A stretch of 64,000 nt of DNA from Podarcis pityusensis. Its lineage: Eukaryota. How positions within the stretch are numbered: position 1 is the first letter of the stretch; every line of letters begins with the position of its first letter. The stretch is taken from assembly GCA_964106645.2 (NCBI GenBank), contig OZ067039.1; one strand, given 5' to 3'. The position numbers were made by a program, and so were the translations under genes. The notes beneath the pieces are model-generated. The model saw only the letters and a list, made by a program, of their open reading frames with translations. It made no database searches and had not been told where the DNA came from. This document shows, in pieces, positions 39,101-48,100 of the stretch.

Positions 39101-42100
39101 CCCCCTCCCTGAAGACGGCACCCCACATCACGATTGCGCTACGATAGTCCGCCAGGCAGAGAAGCCCCGAGAGGACCTAGACCACCTCCCCCTAGAAAAC
39201 CCCGACATCATACTCTACACGGACGGTAGCTCGAAGGTTATTGATGGAGAAAGGAAAACTGGATATGCAGTAGCCTCCGATTTCGAAGTCTTAGAATCAA
39301 ACCCAATAAATCCCCAATATAGTGCCCAGGCCGCGGAACTAATTGCCCTCATACGCGCCTGTGAAATTAGTGAAGGTAAGAGAGCAACCATTTACACGGA
39401 TAGCAAATACTGTTTCGGACTCGTACATACAACTGGTCAAATTTGGCTCCAAAGGGGCTTCTTGACTGCTGCCGGCTCACAAATTTCTCACGCCGCACTG
39501 GTCGAGAGACTACTGACAGCAATCCATTTACCCACCGCAATAGCAGTAGTCCACTGTAAAGCGCACACAAAAGGAAGAGACCCCGTCTCTAAAGGAAATA
39601 GACGAGCCGACAAGGCGGCCCAGACCGCTGCCCTCCGCCCCCCGCAAGACGAGTCAGAATTCCAAGCCCTACAACTCCCCCTCAACATAGACCCCTCACA
39701 AATGTACCACATGGCCTCAGACGAGGAGAAAACTATGTGGGAGTCCCTAGGCGCAGTTAACCAAGCCGGAGTCTGGACCCTCCCCGATGGCAGAACCGTC
39801 CTTCCAAAATCCTGGACTCCAAAATTGGTGAGGGTCCTCCACCAACAGACTCACTGGGGAAAAGACAGATTAATTGAACACGTTAAAAGATCCTGGTTTG
39901 CTCCCGGGCTAGCTGCGGCAGCCACTGCAGCCTCCAAGAATTGTGTTACCTGCAATGCCTTCAACCCAAAGCGAGAACCCAAACGACCTCCAGGAGCCAG
40001 ACCATGGGCCTTTGTCCCCTTTGAGAGCTTACAATTGGATTTCATAGATTTACCACAGTGCCAGGGCTACAGACATGCTTTGATCATAATAGACCAATTC
40101 TCCTCATGGGTGGAAGGGTTCCCTTGCCGAAAGGCCACAGCCTCAGTAGTTGCCAGGGCACTCCTCCAGGACATTATACCCCGGTACGGGGTACCCCGGC
40201 GCTTGGACAGTGACAGGGGAACCCACTTCACCGCTGAAATAGTACAACTAATTGCCAGAGCCCTCCAGATAAAATGGGACTTACATACCCCTTACCACCC
40301 GCAATCCTCTGGCCAAGTAGAACGAATGAATCAGGAGATAAAAATACAACTGGGAAAGCTCTGCAGAGTTACAGGACTGAAGTGGGTGAATGCACTCCCA
40401 CTAGTTCTACACAACGTCCGGAGTGCCCCAACTGGACCACTAAAACTATCACCGTTCGAACTCCTGTTTGGGAGGCCCCCTCCCGTATATAATACTCTAT
40501 ATCCCCTCTCAGAACTTGAGGTGGGGGAAACAGAACTCACTAACTATGTTATTCAGCTCCAGACACAGCTGAAGCGCCTCCACCACTACGCTGCCGTCGA
40601 GGGACAGAACCTCCCCATCGACGTCCAAGCCCACTCCTTTCATCCAGCGGACTGGGTCCTGGTCAAGGTATATCCGAAACTACCTCTACAACCAGCCTGG
40701 GAAGGCCCCTATCAAGTACTCCTGACTTCACCAACTGCCGTAAAGGTGGGAGAAAAGGCCGCATGGATACATCACACGAGGTGTAAGTCGTCACCACCTC
40801 CCCAAGACACCCACGACAACCTCGGCGAGGATTACACCTTCGAACCTCCACCTTGCCCACCGACCTCCTACATCGACGACGTCGAGGAGGAAACTACAGC
40901 AGATCGGGGCCGAGATCGGGCTCAACAGACCGGACCAGCAGATCGGGGCCGAGATCGGGCTCAACAGACCGGACCAGCAGATCGGGGCCAAGATCGGGCT
41001 CAACAGACCGGACCGGCGGATCGGGGCCAAAGTCGGGCTCAACAGACCGGACCGGCGGATCGGGGCCAAAGTCGGGCTCAACAGACCGGACTAGACGCCT
41101 CGACATCCAACTGGACGTCTGAAATCATCCCAGATACCAACAACATCAAGCTGCGTTTCAAACGCTCTGACAGCTCCATTTGACAGCTCCATTGACAGCT
41201 TCTCGCTCTGACAGCTCCATCTGACAGCTCCATTTGACAGCTCCATTGACAGCTTCTCGCTCTGACAGCTCCATCTGACAGCTCCATTTGACAGCTCCAT
41301 TGACAGCTTCTCGCTCTGACAGCTCCATCTGACAGCTCCATTTGACAGCTCCATTGACAGCTTCTCGCTCTGACAGCTCCATCTGACAGCTCCATTTGAC
41401 AGCTCCATTGACAGCTTCTCGCTTTGACAGTTCATCTGACAGCTCCATCTGACAGCTCCATCGACAGCTTCCCCTGACAATAATTCCGCACCACCTGACA
41501 CAATTTGTACTCTCCCCGCGCGCCTCCAAGCTATGGCCTTTGCCCACATCGCCTTTCTTCTCGCCGCCCTACCCTGGATCCCGTCCACCTCATCGGACCA
41601 CTGCACAGGACTGCATACGGACTATCACTTCCTGGACTACCATGAGGTCGAGACGGGCAAGTCTAACCCCGATCGAATGGGGGACTTCGACTTCTGCCTT
41701 CCTGAGTCCCGGACCTTACTACGCCATTCCCTAGTACCCCAACTCGCCGACAACGAATATTGGGAACTTTTCATCCGAAACAAGGATTTACGCCGTATCG
41801 GCTCGGCGGCTCTCACTCTGGACCACTCCTCTTATCGACTGATCTGCAGAAATGGGACTTATCTTCTTTACGAGAAGGGAGAAGTCTTACGAACCCCAAA
41901 CTGGACCGAAGTTGAGTTAGGAGGGACCACTCATGCTTATACGGACTCGAACCACCCCTCTGGAAACTTGATTTTCGGGTTCCAGTGCCTCCGCTCCACC
42001 CCAAAAACCCCGAAACCCCAACTCCAAGGACTCTGCCTTCGACGGTTCTGCTGCTTATGGGACTTAGGGGTCGCTCATGAGTGGAAAGGGGCTGAATATC

Positions 42101-45100
42101 TCGAGGGGTGGCACCATCCTATACACCCCTCGCGCTCCCCCTCATGGGACCACGTCGGACCCCTGAGATGCGGCGGTATCGCCAGGGATAGGCGACTGCT
42201 GAACACCACCGACCCCCTCCACCCGGTCGGTACGGCACCCCGACACTTCGGCACCGACTCTGCACTCCCGGGAGAAGACCTCCTGTCATCCTGGGAACAA
42301 AACTCCTACATTAAACTTCTCAGCCAGGTGGCCAAGGAGGCACCCTACCCAGACTGCTGGATTTGCGCTCACGCGCCCAGCCATCTCCAACAAAGTCTTC
42401 CACTAGTTCCAGTTCCGGTCACCCTAGAACAGTTCCGTTCCGGAAACGTTACTTCCTGGAACTTAACCGCGCTCAACTTGACACACCAATACCTCTATCT
42501 CACTGGCCCTACGAAGGGACCCCTTTGCCGCAGTTTCTCAGGGGAAGGAACCTTCATCGGATCCAGTACATGTACCAACACTCTTGAAATCCTACCAACT
42601 GGGCTGGTCACTATCTCCAACACAAGAGATTCCCAGACTTTTCCTAACCTTACCACTGCCTGGGCCACTGCCATCGGACACCCCTTGGACTGGAAACCAC
42701 AACCCACAGACACCATGCTGCTGCAAACCTTTGCTTCAGGCAGAATGGAGTCTTACCTCAGCGGCCTATTCTGGGTGTGTGGACACCGCGCTTATACGTG
42801 GGTGAGCCCACACATGTCTGGATCCTGCTTCATTGGCTACATTGTCCCCGGGATTAGAATAATCCCACACCTACCCCCTGGCAGACAACGGAACAAAAGG
42901 GAGCAAAAGGGACTGTCAGACCTGTCAGACGTCGCCGCGAATGGAGAGACCGTGGGCCGAGCACTCTTCCCTGCCTACGGTGCTGGTTCAAACCATGTAG
43001 ATATTCTCCGACTCACCGACATCCTCCTGAAATTTATGCAGGAAGCGACACAGATCACAGATTCCCTCATGTCTGAACTATCCGAGGTAAGACAGTTGAG
43101 CTTACAGACGAGGATTGCGACCGACTTCCTCTTGTCCAGTCAAGGAGGAACCTGTGCCTTAATAGGTACAGAGTGCTGTACATATGTGACTGACCAGACT
43201 TTAAATATAACCGGACATTTAAATAACATTCACGAGTTAGCAGGGAGGCTACACAATATCCAACATGAGGGGCTATCCGATCTGGACTTGTGGGGATGGT
43301 TACCCAAGCTAGGATGGCTCCGACAGTTACTGAAAGTCGTGCTGCTCCTCATCTTGACCGCTATTTTTTGTGTCTCTATCTTATGTTGTACTGTGCACTG
43401 CATTAACCCTTGCTGTTCCCTCCTCCGCCACTCTACTTCCTCTAACTCATTCTCTCTTCGAGCCTATTCCCGTTCCCAACACACCCCTACCTTCCCAGAC
43501 TACGTACAGATGAGGCATCTGGGGGAAGGGGAATACGAGATCACTGAAATCTAACGCTTCTGTGGTGCGGAGAAAGGATTTGCAAGTTCCTTCAGAACTT
43601 TAATGCAAATCTATCTCCGAATGGGGGACTGATACGGACCGGGAAGGGGGGGGGGGTACCTCTCCCGCTCCCTTTCCTTTGAACAACAGAGGCGATGACC
43701 TCGAGGGTACCCACAGTACACCCACCCTTGGTCCCCTCACCGTTGCACAAGCACCACACTTCTCCCGTAAACCCCTTTTCTTCTTCCTTTCACGAGCGAA
43801 ATAAGCTCACTTGTAAATATATTCCCCTATCCCTATACCTGCTTGCGCTCTATACTTAGAATGAATAGACCGGGTGTCCCTGCATCCCCGTCTATTCCTA
43901 TGCCTGCGTTTTGGCCAATCACAGCCATGAATTCATCCTGCAGAGGCGAGCTCAGGGAGCTCTTGCACGCCTCATTTAACCTCCTGACGAGCTGCTGACA
44001 GCCCCCTGCTGCGAGAACAATGGAACCGAAACTCTTGACCTCGTAAAACTGTCAAAACCCTGTTACAATGTATCCATTTTTACTAGAATGGATACATTCT
44101 ATTTCCGCTTTTGATTTACGCTACGGGACAGGCTGGAAGCCATCGGAACCTTTCGAAAATCATATAAAATCAACCACAACTCCGATTTTCTTGTTCTTGG
44201 TGTCATTCGGCTCAGTTTCCCCTGGACTCCATGATGCTACCCAGACTCCATAATCCCCGAGACGACAAGTCACGTACACAGGAACTCCTTAATCCGGTCA
44301 GATCGTTCTGCCCAGCCCTTCCTCCGGGCAGTGCCAGGTGGCAGACGATGCATATCACCAACCTATTGTCCTACCGCCACCGGTGCTCAGGAAATGTATA
44401 TTTGTGTACCTCCCTCGCTCTGCATATTCCCCCTCCCTTATCTCAAATGTTAATTAGTGTAACCCCATCTCTCTCTGAGATATTCATGACGTGTGTAATG
44501 TATTCATGATGTAACTGTGATGTATTTTGCACTGTATTCTGGGACTTGGAGGGAACTTTTAAAAGTTTATGTCGCCCCATTCTCGGGGTTCAATTTCATC
44601 TTGAACCTGTTGCGCAATAAACTTGGATCTTTGCATCTTGCTCCTGCGTCCGGCTGAGCTTCCTTTTCCTCCGCAAGGACCCGCGGACTCTGTCCGACGA
44701 GCTGGGTGGCAGGGTAAATACGCACCCAGATTTACCGTAACAATTTCTTGGCAGTATTTGGTATTGCTAAGCATCTAGGTCTCAGAGACTACCACTCACC
44801 CTATTCTCACTTCATACCTTCAGCCTCCAGTTGTCACCGGCATCATCTTTAATCCTCAGGAGCCAGGTTTCATTGAACCAAGATGGGTCTCTGGAAATGA
44901 AAACCATAAAGCTGTTGCCTTTGGTTTGGGGGTGGAAAGCAAACTCTGAGCAACTTTGTGATCTTGCACATAAGCTTTGCGAAACAGATTCTATATTGGC
45001 TTTTCACCAGCCTAGAGTCAAGCTCTTCTGTCTTCTGTCTCACACACAGCTTCATTCACATTGTCCCAATGTGACAAAGAAGGCAACCACAGGAGCTTTC

Positions 45101-48100
45101 CTGCTGCTAAGCTATTGTCTGTCCTTCTCTAGTATCAAACTGTCAAATTAACTCATTAGGGAGGGAATTCTGATTTCTGGCAGCACAAACTTCAACCGTC
45201 AACTTGCTAACCAGGGGCAGAGATCAAAAAGAGATTTGTAGGGGAGTGAGGGGAGAATTTGGCCATGCTGACCATGATAACTCTTGTGAACACTCATTAA
45301 CCACCACGACACTCACATTTTGTGCAGCACCTGGGCAACTGTGACCCCGCTGGCCAAATCCTGTTCTTTGGCACATGGAGATGGAACATGAAACGTCTGC
45401 AGCTGGAGGAAACAAATCAAATCAGCAAGTGAATACTTTAGGTGAAAAAATAGTGAATTATTGGATCTGGGAACAGAGGAAGCCCATTCTGAACCAGCCT
45501 ACAGAGGGACATAACCTAAAATCTATCCGGGCTGCTGGTGACAGTGTCAATATCAAAGAAGAAAAACACACTTTTTCTGTATAACTCATCCAATGGGAAT
45601 ATATCCATAAGAATGAAAACTGTGGAGTTACAAAGAATCTTGGCTGAAGGTGGCAACCCTATGTAGGTTTAGGTGCCCTTAGGCTCCATGATTAGACACC
45701 AAGATCTTTAAAACCAAACTTGAAAATCTATGCCAATAGATAAGTCTGCTGCTGCAAGACAACAGTGCCTGCCACACACATGCACCCCCCCCCACAATGA
45801 GCTCGGCACGAGTACTCCCACATGCCTGCAAGGCGCTGATATACACAATGAATCATTAAGCAGAGGCAGCCCAGCTGTCACGCTCACAGTCAGGGCATCC
45901 TTGAGTATAATGAAATAGAAGTCTTCCAAACTACCTCCTGCCTCGAGAGCAGCTACAGGATTTACACCTAGGATTAGGAGTGGCCTTGGTCCTCTCCTCC
46001 AATATGCACACAGTCATCCCTGCTTGTTTTCCCATGATTTTAACCTTGCTTCCTCAATTGCAACTAACAGGCTGAAACAACACATTAAGGTTTTCATATT
46101 AACCAAAAAGATTACCAAAACAAGTAAGCTTTCCGTCTTTGAATTATCTAGTCCAATTTGGGGTTTTCTACAGGGTCAGATATTTCTCTTACCTACCTCA
46201 CTATTAAACAACACTCTCCTTTTGATTGTTAATGTGCCCTGTTTGGAAGATGGTGGCTACACTACATCCAGTGAATGCCACGAACACCCCATCTTCCTCT
46301 GTATTTTGGGTACCTCCCCCTTAAAATTTCATTTTGTTGATGTCCTAATTCTTATGGTTCTCAACTGAAACAGCTAAGTGGCAATACCTTAAATTGGATT
46401 AGGTCCTATTTGTGTCAAATGATCAGCCTCTCAAGTTACACTGAACTCTCAGTCGTGCAGAAATCAGATCCCATAGCTCTCTTATTCACTGGAATCAACA
46501 TGTTTAGACCAAATTTACATTTTAGGAAACCATGTGTGCCTACCTTCTCCAAATTGTTTACCCCTCTTAATAGAAGTCCCATCAACTACCTGCATGAGGT
46601 AAAGTACTGATGTTTTTCCTGAGATACAGTACTGCATCCCACATAAACACACATATCAGGCCTTCTTTAGTATCAGTGACTGCCATTTGACCTCAGCGTG
46701 CCTAAGAGTAGAAGGGTCTCTCCTGCTGGGGGCAGTCTTTACAGGTCTTGCCATGTGAAATCATCCTAAAGTGGTCCAATTAGCTCTGGCTAATAACATT
46801 ACAGCACATGGGTATCCACCTTCCCATCAGATCTCGCTTGGGTACCAACTCCAACCTTCTCACACAAGGCTGACAGATGCCTGATTCTTACTGGAGAAAT
46901 CAGCATTCCATTCTGAATCTGGCAGAAATACCAGCCATCTTGCATTAGTAAATTATTTCCTAAATATCCAGGTCTCATAAACAAAAGACCCTTCCTTGTT
47001 AGCCAAGAGTCCCCAACAGCATCTGCAGACTCAGGCACGGGGGTATTGAGGAAAAACAGTGTTAGGGCTGCTCAATTCAGCGTAAACAAAGACTCCTGTG
47101 TTTTTAATACTTGTGCAGGAGAGACAAGCTTGACAGGTTCAGCTCCTCCTCTCTTACGGCTGCAGTGCTACGAAAGGCTGATCATACCAAAATCCTTCCT
47201 TGTATGACAGCTGTTGCATATTGAATCTAAAAACAACAACTCCAGTATTTTCTGCCCTGGGCAGAGATAGAAGCATCCGGCATCTTTGGCATGGTGGGTT
47301 AGGGAGAAGGTGATTAGCACTGGAAGAACAAAGTCTTCTCATTACAGCTATTAGTGATAAACAGGACATAGGGCAATCTAACCAGGAAGCTGTTAGAGGG
47401 CAGAGCAGCAGCCACTCTTAATAAGCCAAGCAGCCATTCTTTAAGTCAGGCACAGAGGTATGTGCTGCTCTAGTTGTTCAAACACTAGTTTTTCCAGTAA
47501 AAACTAAAAATCATTTAAATCTAAAATATGACAATAATGGAAGTACACAAATATAAATATCACACAAATATAATACTTCAAAGAACCCCCCGGTTGGCTC
47601 TAATTGCAAAAGAAAAAGTTTTCCAGAAATATTTTCCTTGAGCAAGTTGGTGAAGTTTCTGAGTCAAAATCCACTTATTCTTCACCATCTTAATGCAAAA
47701 AACAAAAAGTCTTGTGGTACTTTAACGTAGGAGGATGGTATTCAATTAAATAATTGTGAGAGGGGAATGACTTCCACTTGTGCAAAAATGATTTCCCTCC
47801 TCTGCCCCCCTGCACCTCTCCCACGCTATCCCCAGATCTGCTCTAGAGAGTTGAGGGAACCCCCAGAACAGATTTAGGGAGTACATGGGGGGGGGAGCAT
47901 CGTTGCACAAACAGAAGTTGTTCTTCTCACACATAGAGGTATTTAGGAGTGCTCTGAATACAACCCTAACAAATTTACTATGGCATAAGCTTTTGTAGAC
48001 TACTACATCAGATGCCTGAATTGTTAACTCAAGTTAGCAGATACACACGGTGTGGGGGGAGTGAGTGAAGGAGAAAGTCAGCAATGAGCTAAGCAGCAGG

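Larger units (their letters stand above)
33328..44742 (+). mobile_element. Full-length class I (gamma-like) endogenous retrovirus provirus, 11,415 bp, antisense in HOOK2 intron 3
   Basis: LTR-PBS-gag-pro-pol-env-PPT-LTR order. TG...CA termini, 4-bp TSD ATTT (33324-33327 and 44743-44746), all ORFs uninterrupted. Confidence 0.97.

Noticed and set aside
37452-41183. Pol starting at Met 37452, as in the ORF track
   Set aside because: The protease active site (LLDTGA) lies upstream in the same frame, so Pol begins directly after the gag TGA.
41164-41480. CRISPR-like appearance of the short repeat array
   Set aside because: No unique spacers, eukaryotic retroviral context and no cas genes. It is a tandem repeat.
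41078-41606. Three antisense ORFs (105, 171, 129 aa) over the TGACAG array, suggestive of an HBZ/ASP-like antisense gene
   Set aside because: All three minus frames are open because the repeat unit lacks stop triplets on that strand and is a multiple of 3. There is no independent sign of coding.
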